Assembly: GCF_963853765.1 (NCBI RefSeq)
Contig: NC_088858.1
Span: 12,834,001-12,898,000, forward strand
Origin: Magallana gigas
Lineage: Eukaryota
Length of the DNA stretch: 64,000 nucleotides
Reading direction: 5' to 3'
Shown here: piece by piece, positions 26,290 to 39,955 of the stretch
Layout of the letters: every line of letters begins with the position of its first letter
Numbering within the stretch: the first letter of the stretch is position 1
Notes under the pieces: generated by a model
Databases searched by the model: none
What the model saw: the letters and a program-made list of their open reading frames with translations, nothing else
Told to the model about the DNA's origin: nothing
Made by a program: the position numbers and the translations under genes

Positions 26290-29200
26290 TTAATCCTCGT
26301 CATCACTTCCGCCCCGGAATCTAACCCCGGCGGTGCTTGGAGTCGAGACCTGCAAGGTCTCCACCGGAATACCTCGGCGTTTACCGGCGATTGCACTTCT
26401 CAGGGAGTCCTCTCTCTGTGGATCTTTACCTAGTCTCATTTGATTGTGTATAGTCAACAGTTCTCTGAAACAGCAATTCAAATATAACGAAAAATATTTG
26501 TTAAACATGGTTTTATCAAAGTGAGTTAAATGACGCTCAATAACACCGATGAAATCTTTTATTGAATATATTGAAACAATGATAAACTAGTATATCCATC
26601 TAACCAAAAATAAAAGAAGATGCATCACATTATTTTCAGACAGTGTACTAAGTCGCTGCTATCTACATACTTTAATTCAAAGCGCCGGTCCCGGGTCTCC
26701 TGCAGTGTTCTCTTCAGTTCATGCAGCCTATACTTGCCAATGTCTTTCCCTGAATGCTGTCGAATGACAAAGAGTGTAAAGTAATTAGCAAGATAAACCG
26801 TCTTTAGGCATCAGAGTTGTATAATAACTATATGTTAAGTAATAGTACACAAAAAAAGAAAATTTAAACAGTCAAAGGGTTCTTAGAAATGTTCCCCGTT
26901 TTAACCACACGTTTTTCGCACACAAAATTATAGATGGGTGCGAAGAAGTTGCAATAAAACCTGATAAGCCATTGAGGTTTACAGGTTCAAACCACAGATC
27001 TGTCGTTGGTAAACGGAAATTTATCCCGCTAAAGTCATAGAGAATAAACTAATTTTTGACGCACTGACTTCCCCTACCTTGATGAGTTCGACAACGTCGT
27101 CCGTTGAAATAAGGACACCCTTCTCCTCGTACGACCTGGGAAAGAGTTCTGGCAGGTCTACGTCCTCCTTGTCACAGAATCTCACGATGTACATCAGACT
27201 GCCCATGAGCGGATCCAGCGAGCGTTCCCTTCGTGAGGGCGGTAACCGAACTGTTACCGTCAGGCCTCGCTTCTCTCTCAATTTGTGGACCAGCAAGGCC
27301 AGCTCCGTGTGTACGTCTGTTCCCTGTGTGTGGTATTTTTACAGGGTTAAAACATATATGAAGTATATATGCAGATTAAAGAAAATATAAAACGAGTCAA
27401 TCAAAGTGGTTACTTACGTCCAGTTCTATTTTCTTCAGGGGACTTTTCTTTTTAATTTTGGATGACCAGGGTTTCAGAAGTGTCATGGCTCCCTCAGAGG
27501 TAATCAGATTGTAGGAAAGCTGGGAAGTTGAACAGTGAATCATGTGTAAACGTAAAACTGAACCCATTGTATGTACATTGTACAGATTTTGTCGAAATCC
27601 AAAGCTGAAGTAAACTGACAAATGTTGGAATAATTTGTTTTCATGTATATCAGTACTTGTCACTTTGTACAATATGCAGTTCTCAATTATTAGTTGTATG
27701 TACAACCTTACCAACTTGTATGTTATCTAACTGAACTGTTGGAAGGTGAAGATTTGTGTCGATAAAAGGAAGAACCTTTTATTGCAATCATAAACTTTCC
27801 CATCTTACCTTCAGAGTGTGAAGAACTTTGTTACTGGGTAAAACCCTTGCAATAACAGGGGCAATGTCGTCTGGTATTCTATTTGCCCCGATGTCTAGAA
27901 TTGTCAGTGTTGAATTGAGACGGAGACACTCAATCAAAGAGGAACCACCCTCCTTCCCCACTCCATTCATGTTCAGAATGAGACTCTGTAATCCGTGGTT
28001 GTTCTAGAAACAGCATCAAATAGACGGGCGATATATTTTTTTGCAACTCAACAAATTTTAGCTTAGTGGAGGCAAAATCGTGCACTATCTAGAAAAGTTC
28101 CAAACGGATCAAAGAAATGCACAAATATAAATGCTTTAGTTACGGAATAAAGATTTATTAATTTTGAATAATACCCGAAGTCCTACAGCCAGAGCGTGTG
28201 CGCCAGGCCGATTGATTTGGTTCCAGGACAGGTCCAAAATCTCCAACGTGCTGTTTGATTCTGTTCATAAATAAAAATGTATGTTTAACCCCTCTGAAAA
28301 CGATTTAATCAGAAAAATAAACTAGCGATGAATTGAATTTTTTTTTGCAATGTTTCAACATCTTATAATATCAAGACTTCAAAAACTTGTCAAGGGGAAA
28401 AATACAAATTGAATCTACATGTACGTGTATTTTACTCAGCTCTTTGAATTTATTTCTTTTCGATATCAATTTAAGAAACCGATGATATGATGTACTTGCC
28501 CAATACTTTCCCAAACTGAATGGCCGATTCGTCACCGATCCCATTTCGACTAAGCAAGAGTTGTTTTATGTATACATTGTGCTATAATGAGAGAAATTAC
28601 ATAAAAATGTCATTTGAAAATTTAACAATTTAAGTGATAGCACGAGGAATTTTCTGTGTCGTTCATATACCTCTAGTATTTCGGCCATAACTTTACCTCC
28701 GACATCTTGAATTTTACAACCTAAAAAGAAAGTAATGAATTTTGTTGATAAGCAATCAACACATTAACATGCTCATTCACAAAAATAAAAAAAAATCTCA
28801 AGAGCAGTCTCAAAGTCCACGCACCTGTCAGATCGACCTTCCGAATGTGAGTATTGTTTGTGAGTATGTAGCGGACCACCTTCGCTCCTGGAACCCCAAC
28901 TGGATTATTGGAAAGGTTCTTGAAAATAGGGAAAACATGCGTAATTTACTACACATAACAGCTCAAAACTTTTGTAATATAATGAAGGATGTAGACAAGA
29001 TTACAGAAATCAAATAATCAACGGGGTTATTTGAGAAAAGGTAACAAAAAGAGCTTAGCTTTGCGTGCAGGGTTACAGAAATCAATATTCTTTCTACCCT
29101 ATACATTTGTTGCTTGATGATGAGGGAAATGTGATAATTTATTTCCCACCAAAAAGATCATATTTCCCGAGGGCATCGCCCGAGGAAAATTTAATTTTTC

Positions 29201-30809
29201 TGGGAGAATAATTGTCATATTTCCTGAACATTTATGCAATAAATGTTTTATTATATAGAACATCATATAATTTTACAAAATACATCAAGTTCTAATAGTT
29301 TTTCGACTTTACAAAAGCAATAACGTCGTGAATGTGTGATTGCCAATGATTGTCTCGTTTTTCTTTAATTCGATTCATAGATAGTTAAATCGGTTTTTGT
29401 ATAATGAGAATTAAAATAATTCAATATTTATATATAATTATATATAGTTTTGTCTTTGTCCCCGATTGGACACTACGTAACGAGTAATGCATGTATTATC
29501 TATGGTGTTCCGATAGGGCCACTTTGACCATCGCACTTTATATGCGAAGGCGAAGGAGCGATAGTAGTATCGCTTCTTCGCCTTCGCAACTTCGCCATCG
29601 CATCTTCGCACTTTCGCTCTAAAGGCGAAAGTGCGAAGGTCGAAGATCACATTTAGGTCAGAGCCTGTAACTGCAGGCAATATCCTGTGAACGTATTTTT
29701 ATGTGTTACACTTGTCATATACTGGAAAGGACAACAGGAGAGGAGTGATTTTGAACAATTAAGTGTAATATATGAACAAACTACAGTCCGGCGTACTCAC
29801 TATATCAGACACGTAGTGGTTTTGTAGAAGCATTTCCGCCAGTGCGTGGATATGTTTTCCCGTCATTCCATTATCCTCTAGATCTATCTTGGAGAAGGTC
29901 GAATTGTCCTGCAAACCAGTGTAACTTAGAAATAATATGTAATAATTACAAACAATTCCCATTAATATGATCTCTTGATTTGTTGGTCAATTTACAAATT
30001 GTAGGAATAGTAGAAAATAGGATTGCCTTCATCTCATAGCCCATTGCAGTACAGTCGTTTTTGCTGAGGTATCTATGTCGAAGTTTAATGTCGTCATCTG
30101 TTGAGTGACGTAAGAGGTAATGATTGGGTATTACATTCAACTTCCGGCACATGCGCTTATATTCCGGAAACAATCCATCATCTTTGATTTGTTTGGTTTT
30201 TTCATCAACGATAAGCTCCAGACCAACTACAAAATCAAACAGAAGAATACAATGTAGTCGAAGTTACATACATGTTACACCGTGCAAATTAACAATATTA
30301 ATAAGACTTTTTTTGTTACTGAGTTTTTATTAATGACCCAGATCTTGTCACTTACCCAGTTCTTGGTCGAGGTCTGTATCGTACTCTTCGTCCTCACTAG
30401 AGATTTCGTCCAGCCTCTTCTTCTCCAGACGACTCGGTGTTTCGATGTTCCAATACTTTTCAAGCTCACGCTTTAGTTTACTGCCCCTCAACAACCGTTC
30501 TTTTTTCTCCGCATATTGTTCGTCTGTAAGAATAGGGACATACTCCCAAGGTTTGGAGGATGGCTGTTTAGAAACTGTAGATTTGGCACTTGTAACAGAT
30601 GGAATAGGACTGGCCAAGCGACTGCTTAATTGTATTTTGCGCATTTTAGCGCTGTTTTTTCTTAGACGTGTGACACTGTGACTTCCGGTTCCACTTCCGG
30701 GACTGGAGGGTTCGGAAACAAAAGAGAGTGTGGCGGATCTCGGTGGAAATATTAACGGGGGCGGTGATGACATACCCATGTCATATCTGCCTTTTTCTAA
30801 GGCCTCCAT
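26290..30809 (-). CDS. Leucine-rich repeat protein, LRRC74-like (RNI-like LRRs), ~11 exons
   Basis: Exon 1 ends DEEYDTDLDQEL; then YKRMCRKLNVIP, SKIDLEDNGM, NLSNNPVGVPGA, QLLLSRNGIGDESA, LEILDLSWNQI, LILNMNGVGKEG, LDIGANRIP, LSYNLITSEG. Frames join in phase, with two GC-AG introns. Confidence 0.85.
29101..29260. repeat. Interspersed palindromic repeat remnant
   Basis: Central hairpin TTTCCCGAGGGCATCGCCCGAGGAAA with partly inverted flanks; intronic. Confidence 0.45.
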
Positions 30810-30878
30810 AACTTATGCGTATAAGAACTGTAATGCAATTCAAATATGTACATGTAGTAGTATTACGTGTATATTTTT

Positions 30879-30881
<3 letters not shown>

Positions 30882-30949
<68 letters not shown>
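30882..30949. repeat. (GA)n microsatellite
   Basis: Perfect AG run ~70 nt upstream of the LRRC74-like ATG. Confidence 0.98.
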
Positions 30950-30955
<6 letters not shown>

Positions 30956-33822
30956 CACCTTTCAATTAATTTTCAACGATCATTTCTAGATTGTCAGCCA
31001 TAACTGTTCACAAAACGAAAACACCACTTGGAGATTAATTCTTCGTGTTGTAGTAATCCTGATAATCATCTTACAAGATTAATTGCTGGGTCACTCGGTT
31101 CAAAGACCATCAGATTTAATAACTTTCAGATTTATTATTTTACTTTGAAATAATTTTAACTTTGCTGTCGTGGAAGTGTCATAAAAGTGTTATATCTAAT
31201 GTACATATTCAATACAGATGTTTGCCTCTGCCCGTGATTGTTTGCCGACTTTCTCTATAATCCACATTTGTTTGCATACAAAAGTCCGTAAATCGCCGTT
31301 CCAATATAGTGAATGCAATGTCATTTAAAGAGTAAACGAGGAATTAATAATACAGAGGTGTTCTGGGTTTTGTTATTACCGAAACAATCTGAGCCTCTTG
31401 ACTTGAATCACGTTTGAACTCACGATGGAATTGCTCTTCATATACTCATGGTTTTTAATTTATTTTTTAAATTCTATTCATCTTTAATTTCATGCTTTAC
31501 ATGTATATGTTTGTTCAGAATTTTTTTTTTAAATGAAGATATCGAACATAACATTGATCTCATGTTACTATGAACTAAAAGCATACACCGGTATATATAC
31601 AAAAAGTAGCGTCAATCTGGTATTCCAAAAAGGATTCGACGTTTTTATTTTGAATTATTCTTGCAAAATTTTATTTATGAGAAAAAAAATTAAGAAATTT
31701 TGAAAATATAGATATGTTAGCTATGTAATAAGCGTCTCACTATGTTTGCATTTGTTATTTTACATATGTATGTGATATGAAAAAAGAAGAGAGAACAATA
31801 CACTTTCTTAAATCAGAATACAGGGATTACCTTGACATATAGCAATAGATATAAGAAACAATTATACTGGTATATTATAGTATGATTTAAATCTTTTATG
31901 AGCAATATTTTTAGTATAAAATCCCTTTATTATCCTTTCCCCCATAATACAACTACATTGTAGGGTGAAATGATTCCATTAACCAAGAATTTTCGATAAG
32001 AAGGTACGATTATTGAACATTAAATCATGTTCTTGTATTGGACCCCACATCATTGACACACACAAGCCTGTATGTTGATTTGTTGTGCATCATTCCCGAC
32101 TATCGACAGTGTGTCACCGTCAGATTTTTGCTGCACCCTTTCACTTCTTTGTAGTACCTTAATCCTGAGATGTGCAATTATCAAGAACCACACCCTAGTG
32201 TGGTTGCATTGGCATTTATTATAAGCATAAACAAAAATGGCAGTCTTTATTCTGTTTCTCAGTAGGCTCAAATTGCAAACTTTGGAATAGGTTACACTTC
32301 TCCCACGTACATGTACGTGTACTTTGTGTCAATGAACTTTTTCTGTTAGTATTTCTTCGATTTCGGAACCTACAATGTACCATGCAGTGCAATGCACGCA
32401 TATGAAGCATCTTAATCTAATCCACGGTCTTGTCTGTAATATTTTCCAGTGTGATTACAATCTTGGCAATACTGTCTTCTCTCGTTTGAGTATTTTGTGA
32501 TATTTGATATTCGATATCTGATATTTGATATCTAAAAAAATGTACATGTACTAGTAAAACGAATAATGATCGATCTTCGTTTTTATCATTCATGAATTCC
32601 AACTGATGTTTTATTTTTTTAATTTCTACTGTAGATAGTTTATTGGTACACAGTTGTCATACTTCGTCTATCTCGAAGATTTAAAAAAAATAAGCCGTCC
32701 GTTTTCTAATATATGGATAGCAATTTATAGTACTGTACTTAATTAATAAATGCATAAAAACCAATTAAAATAACAACAGATTACTAGTATCCTTTTTTGT
32801 TTTCTTATACATGTATGACACAAAATTCCTTATAGTCAACAAAACATGCTTAAGATGTGATGCATAGTTTTTTTGTTTGGTATAATTATAAGTAACATAC
32901 GAAATATAACTCATCTTCTATTAATAGGATGGTTCAATGATATATTCACATTTACAACGGGAACACTGCGTAGATGGAAAATACGGTTGAATCGTGTTGT
33001 ATTGCATGTATGGACTGCAATGTGCTCGACATGTATAAAATTATGTCTCTGAATCATTTTTTACTATATTAACATTAATCGTGCTATTTAAAGCCGAGAA
33101 AGCCCACATCCTCCCAAACTAATCGACTTTTAAGCCATGTTAAACGGGGATGAATTTTAGTGCTAAGTTACCAAAAACACCTGAAAACTTTTCGCGTTCC
33201 TTCAATAGGTCTGCATATGACTAATCAAATTTAAAAAAAAACCCTCCAAGATTCGACAGAACAGTAGAAAAATGCACAGATGTATATTTCGTTTCTGGTT
33301 ATTTCATTGGTTAAAACAGGTCTTATAGTTGGTGCTCGATTATCCCTCAATCAAATAGACACACCCCTTCTATGTGGTATGCAATGGTTGCAGCAAAATG
33401 ATTGTTGCATGATTTGTTTTCACTGGTAAAGAAATAATCATACATTTATGTGTTTTTCTTTCGAAATTTATGCCTGCAGATTCCGCGTTTCTGGGTTACA
33501 GTTTACTTAATCGAATGACGTATTCCCTTTGCATCCCAATACATTAAAGTTCCACGATTTCCAACCAAAAACACGGGAGATTGTGACAATACGACTAAAT
33601 TGATAAACCTGCGAACATCTATTCAGTAATCATGAACCTTGAATGGATTATCCCCCAGAAATCTTGTCAATGCGGCCAAAGAAGACGAGACCCTTTGAAG
33701 TGTTTCCGCTCTTTCTTTCGCGGGAACACATAAATAATAGGAGGAGCGTCACCCAACTGCGTAATGAGAAATTTTCAATATTTATTGTATTTACCTAAAC
33801 ACAGGTTTCTTTTCAAATATTG

Positions 33823-33830
33823 CTATATAA
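33823..33830 (+). promoter_or_regulatory. TATA box of astacin gene
   Basis: CTATATAAAA about 40 nt upstream of ATG 33869. Confidence 0.6.
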
Positions 33831-33868
33831 AAGATGGTTGATATCAGCTAAGGCACAACAACAACAGC

Positions 33869-36800
33869 ATGTTGGGAAAGATCATTTTTGCGAGTTTGCT
33901 GGCTACATGTATTTTTGTGTGTGCGAACGCCGTTCCAGTATCTGTAAGTAATTGAAATAATATTTTTTTCCTATTTAAAAAGTTGCATAATTTATCAAAA
34001 TAATTTCATCAAACCGAAAAAGGGGTGTTCGTTCAAATGCCCTTCTTGTTTTATTTATTTCTTGAACTGGAGAAAGCATAAATTGAAATTGGAATATTTG
34101 GAAAATAAGCCTTGCGCCATTATAATTCGGTGATATATTTAAAAGAGTTTTAATTTTCAGGGAAATGATTTGAAGTCAATGCAAGAAGATCTGATAGAGG
34201 TCGAGCGAGCTTTACTTCGACTAGGCAGTCAAACGGATCCAGAGGCACCGATTCCAAATGTGTGTATACGTTGTCATTTCAAGTATGCGGTTTTATATAT
34301 TTGTCAGTATTTACTAGAATTTGGAAATTTAAAAATAAAAAACACGATCGTTAGAGAATATTTAAATCATTTTAGGCATCCATTAACAATTATGTTAACC
34401 ACAAGAAGCCACGAGTCCGAAAGATAAAAACTAAACATGTTCACAAACCAGCGGAACAAGAAGGACTCGAGTTCGAATCCGACATGTCGCTCTCGCCAGA
34501 GGAGAAGGAGGACATGGAAGAAATGGAATCGAGGGGGCGGATCCGGAGAAAGGCAGTGGCCAATGACATGAAACTGTGGCCCCGTGGGATTGTGTACTAC
34601 CAGTTGTCTAGTAGTCTAGGTCTGTTCTCCTTTGTACAACTGATGAATGAAGAATTCAGAACAAAATTTGTTGTATAATACTATTAATTTCCTTAAAACA
34701 TTTTTGTATTTATTTAACAAAGTTTTGCAAATTCATTCTTTCTTACGGATTTTTTTTTAAAGATAATATATTTTTGAAGAATTAATTTCAATTTGTTTTA
34801 TAATACAAGTTTTTTCTAGCTGCATATCTGTAGCTCCCGGTCTGAAAAAAATTCGAATGGGCGACCTGGTCGTCCATCCGCATTTTCTAGACCGGGAGCT
34901 ACATTCACGTTTTCATTTCTTTTCTCCTGTGTGAATTTATTTCCTTAATTTACTTTATTAATTTTTTTTTCTCGAATAATTGAAACTGTTTAAAACTCTT
35001 AGATGTTTAATGTTTTGAACTTACAGATGGTCAGGCAGTCTCTAATGTTAAATCCGCTATGAAACTGTGGGAGGATAACACTTGTCTGAGATTCAGGGAA
35101 TACAATTCAGCTTCCGGATCCTCGGATAGGATTATTTTTGTCGGATCACAGGGGTAATTAATCTAATTACTAATACATGTATATCATTAGTTGGTGGGTC
35201 AACTTTGTAGAGTGTTGATTGTTTTATGCTGCAAGATTTATTCACTGTAATGATATGCAGTTATTTACATTATTTCCTTATATCGCTTGTAAATATTATT
35301 GTTGTATATATACTAAGACCCCTTCATTGGGTCCCAGAAATGTTTATTAAAAGCGAGTTTAAATAGTTAATATCACTCACTGTAGAAAATATTTTGAAAA
35401 AATGCAAAGAAGTTATCCATCAATGCAGATATTGACTCGGTTTTCAATATGTTTAAGTTCAGCTAATTTCTGTTGATAAAAACAGAAAAAATGATTTAGG
35501 TACCTAGTTCAGAATAAGTAACCTCTTATTTGCCTTGAAGTTATGTTTTTTTTTTCAGCGTTATAATATTAGAACTATTTCATTATCTATATATTACACA
35601 GAGACTGTTTTGCTAAGAATATAATCTCCAAACACCGGTTCCAAACATCTTTGCTTTCAGATGCCAGTCTCCGATTGGTCGAAGAGGTGGTCCGCAGGAA
35701 ATCACGATTGGGGGAAGCTGTCAACAATCGGTTTGTTCACGATGATCAACCTTATATAATAAGATTGTTTTTTTTTAATTCAAACTTCTATGTTTTTTTT
35801 TTATTAAAAAGTACACATTGATTTCGTAGATTGGATCTATTGCACATGAAATTGCACATAGTATTGGATTTTACCACGAGCACTCTAGACCAGATCGGGA
35901 CGACCACGTGACTATTAACACCAATAATATACAACCGGGTTTTGAGGGGGATTTCCGGAAGATTGGCGCCAGGAGTATCGAGGACATTGAACCATACGAT
36001 GTGTCCTCTGTGATGCATTATGGTCCAACAGTGAGTGTCACACCCTGTCACGTGATATTAACAAACTCCTCAAGCTAGATATAAATTGAGAGGAAATAAT
36101 AATTTGGTGATTGCAATTCGTGTTCGATTTGTGTTGCAGTTTATGAGTCGGGACGGGCAGTCTAAAACAATAGTTCCACGGGTCAAGAACCTTCTGAACA
36201 CGATGGGTCAGCGAGATGCACTGAGTTTCCTGGACATTAAAACTGCCAACGATCTCTACAAATGCGCAGGTAAGTACGTGTTTGTAACAAGAAGTTTGTC
36301 TCTTGCCTTTAAAGTTCATTCCCAAAGTAATCATTACTCTTTTCAATTTTTATATTCGTAAATTTTTCAGCAAGTTGTCCAGTAAAGTTAAACTGCAAAA
36401 ACGAAGGCTATGTTGGACCAAACTGCGCCTGTCTGTGTCCCAATGGTTTGACAGGGAGGGATTGCTCGGAAGTTGTCCAAAGTAACACCAGTAGGTTGAT
36501 CTACTGATTGCATGTGGTTGCTATTTTCATTTGACTTAAATTTAAATCCGTTCATTCATAATTGCTGTACCTTTATGATTTTATATGAGTTTACGCCATT
36601 GCTTTTCAGACTGTGGTGGAGAGTTGACGGGAACGAGCGGAGTTCTCGCTTCTCCAAATTATCCCAGAGATTACTCATCATATGCTGACTGTCTTTGGGT
36701 TATCAAGGTTTAAAGTTTGAATTAAGAAAAATTTATTGGCCTATTAACATTAAGAAATTCTTAAGTTCTAATATCTATATTGATAGGGCAATTTATTAAT

Positions 36801-37234
36801 AGAATTTCAAGAATTCCGTTGTATCGATCAAGGCTTCGTATTTTAGGGACCAGTTGGATCAAGGATAACACTTATAATGGAGGACTTCCAAGTAGAGGAT
36901 GACTCCACGTGCTACTTTGACTGGTTGGAAATATTTCTTGGTGGACCACACATAGGGGGCGCTCGGTAAGCAACTCAGTATGGCCTCAACAATGATTAAG
37001 CCGGATTTTGCCGAAAACATTTGAAGTACATGTATCATTAGCAAAGAAATTAAAATACATGCATCTGTCTCTTTTTATTGTATTTTCAGATTCTGCGGAG
37101 AAGAAAGCGGAAGCGAGAACAGGCCCCCGCGGACCATAGAGTATCCTGGCAATACTCTGCTGATCAAGTTCCACGCAGACGACTCGAACGAGTTCTCCGG
37201 ATTTCGAGCCCGATACACCATACACTCGTCCTAA
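33869..37234 (+). CDS. Secreted astacin-family zinc metalloprotease (signal peptide-prodomain-astacin-EGF-CUB; BP10/SpAN/NAS-like), 11 exons
   Basis: Signal MLGKIIFASLLATCIFVCANA; prodomain FESDM..RIRRKA; LWPRGIVYY; HEIAHSIGFYHEHSRPDRD (35830-36030) and Met-turn SVMHY; EGF CKNEGYVGPNCACLCPNGLTGRDC; CUB CGGELTGTSGVLASPNYP...FRARY*. Confidence 0.95.
34829..34903. repeat. 75-bp near-perfect foldback hairpin in astacin intron 3
   Basis: TGTAGCTCCCGGTCT..ATGGGCGACC-T-GGTCGTCCAT..AGACCGGGAGCTACA. Confidence 0.8.
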
Positions 37235-37526
37235 TCAAAAGAAATCAATGAATCTGAATCATCATGCATTTTAAAACGAAATCAAGTGTATCGTCCAGAC
37301 GATGTTTTAATCGTGAACGACAATTTATGTTTATCTTATATGTACTAATTGAATTGTGCAACGCTGAATTTTCATGGGTTAAATTTTTTTAAGATTGATG
37401 GAAGAAGTTTTCATATTTTTGCTTGAATGTATAATAAACAGGTACTAAATAAAATCACTCTAAATTAACAAGTATTTTCTTCTTTTTTTATATTAGGGTT
37501 AAAATATGGTAATGCAGTACAAACAA

Positions 37527-37990
37527 TACTGTATAGGGGGAACTATTCGTCCACGTTTTATTTTCGCTGTTTTCGCCCATGTCGCAAGTGGGCGAATTTA
37601 AGACTGGGAAAATTCTAATTCTCCAATTAGAGCCATTTTAACAAGACCTTTCAGTAGGACGTAGCTCAAAACAAGTTAAAAATGACGCTGTTTCAAGCGA
37701 AATAAGCACCGATTGTGTAGTCTAAGCTAAAAAGCCATACATATCTTGTTGATTTCAGAGACCATGACTGAGTCAGCCTGAGTGGCTGACAATGAAATAG
37801 ACAGGCCTACGTCACATTGCTGTTTGGCACGGCTACCAAAATTCCTTCAAAGATCTTGTTAAAGAGAGATAGAACCATTTTATCTCTCTTTAACAACTTT
37901 GTATGGGTGAATTCAAATCGGTCGGGGCAAAACCGTTTGCAAGTGTAGAAAGACGAAAATAACACGGGCGAAAATAACATGTGTATAGAC
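37527..37990 (+). mobile_element. TA-type MITE interrupted by a second dispersed repeat
   Basis: TACTGTATAGGGGGAACTATTCG..GGGCGAATTTAAGACTGGG (family of 13522-13728), insert at ~37652-37835, then GGGCGAAAATAAC..TATAG. Confidence 0.55.
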
Positions 37991-38921
37991 AAAATTGATT
38001 ATTATGAACATTTTGAGATGTCTGCAATCCTGAAATAACCCAAGAACATTGTTTTATTTACTTCGGAGACCGTATATATAAACACTGCCACTTTTTTAAA
38101 TTTGCTTTTCATAAAGACAAATTGAATATTAACAAACTAAATATAATATATCAATTGCAGATCAACGATTAAAATGTATAAACTGACGATTGCAAAATAT
38201 ATATGCAACTTTAAATATACCCAAGTTTATTGAAACTGACAAAAAAATCAGAGGAAAATTTGTTATAAAATGAGATTTAACTCATGTGCACTATTACAAA
38301 GTTACATTCGGAGACTAATTCTTAATATTTAATTTGTTTGTCTTTTAATGTGTCACTTTCTTTCCCAACATAGTTACACGCATGCTTTTCGCCATGACCT
38401 TGACTGGCACCAAGCTTAGAAATTTTAGTTCAAGGTCACTACAAATCCCAATCCTTTAGACAGTCCTTTTGATTAAGTCTGTACTGTGTCCATAGATATG
38501 TAACGTTATACATGTATGTCTATGCTGTGTCTAAAGGAAAGAATTGGCTCTATAATGATTTTCAAAGAGATCTGTCGCTGAGACCTTCACTTTTGACAAA
38601 ATTAGTATATAGGTTCAGAACACATCCTCTCCTATCAATCTCTCACCAGAGGGCGTATTACGCTGCGCTACAACACCTCTGTTAACGTCTATATGCCAAG
38701 AATTTTCGCAAAACCCATTCTCAATCATGATAATATGTTTTACGGTGCTACCGTTCTTGCGAGCGCAGCAAGAATTACACACACCTTGCATCTTTGTCAA
38801 CTTATAGTTTTATTTAGGTATCAACGACCGTCAAAGAATTTTTGAGAGAGTATTGCTCTACAATAAGTGTGCTAAAGGTACTAATTTTAATGGTTATGAT
38901 ACATACAGCGCAACCCCCTTC

Positions 38922-38923
<2 letters not shown>

Positions 38924-38961
<38 letters not shown>
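38924..38961. repeat. (GA)n microsatellite
   Basis: Perfect AG run. Confidence 0.98.
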
Positions 38962-38963
<2 letters not shown>

Positions 38964-39955
38964 AGCCCGGTACCAGTTTGTAGGTGTGTAATTTCCCACT
39001 TTTAGATTTAATAGTCTGACTTTACGCAATATCTACATAATTTTTTAACTGTTTATTTTTTCATTTTATTCCTTTTTATTTATTTCAAAATGTCCTATTG
39101 TTTATTTCCTCCCTACTCATGCATGCACAATTAGCTTAAAAATGGATCGCATGCCAAGAAATGCCGTCCGGTTTAGAATAAGCCTAGCTAACGGTCTTCA
39201 ATTATACACTTAATTAAGGTCAGCCGCATTTGCTTGAAAACCCGCAATAAGGGATCGAGCCGAACTAAAGTTTCAGAGATTTGGGTCAGCGGCTGTTTAC
39301 GACAGTCTTTAGAGTGCCAATGTTTATAGCTTAGAGATACGTGTTGGGATAAGAATAAAAAGGACACAAGCTAAGATTTGGAAGACAGACACTTTGTAAT
39401 TAAAAAAAATAATTATGTGATTTTCCTCTTTTACTTATTCATCGTCTCCATATTGTTTACACTTAGAAACACAATCTCTAAGAATTATTTCTCTCTGAAA
39501 TACAGAATGTTATGTTTTGTTTGGGTTTTTTTTTTTTATAAACCTAGCATTTTTTAAAAAATTAAGCCGATATACGTACATGTAATATTGATGTACGTCA
39601 TGTAAAGTGTTAAATACACGGGTATCTTTTTTGTTAAGAGAGTTTTAATTAAGGTATGGCTAACTAACCTTGTATTAAAGGAACTGAATAAATATGAAAT
39701 ATTCAATCGGATGTAAATGTATGACCACCGCAGGGTTTATTATTATGCGATGTTTCATATAATAAATGTTACATGAAAGTTTATAGCGTTAATTTTTAAG
39801 GTATGCTGTAGAATGTATATAACACTTTTTTTATTGTTAGTTTTGAATATATTTCGTTAAACAGACACTGCACCGATCAATTATCTGTATTGGTGGGAAA
39901 TCCGAAATGCAAAAATTCTGGTAAACCGGTAAAAACTAAAACAAAAGTTGTAAAA

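Noticed and set aside
32050-32410. Minus-strand ORFs ending ..IQACVCQ* (cystine-knot-like?)
   Set aside because: Could not build a phase-consistent multi-exon model or the other required cysteines.
38615-38800. 61-aa Cys-containing minus-strand ORF upstream of the transposase
   Set aside because: No motif or splice context; cannot be tied to the cassette.
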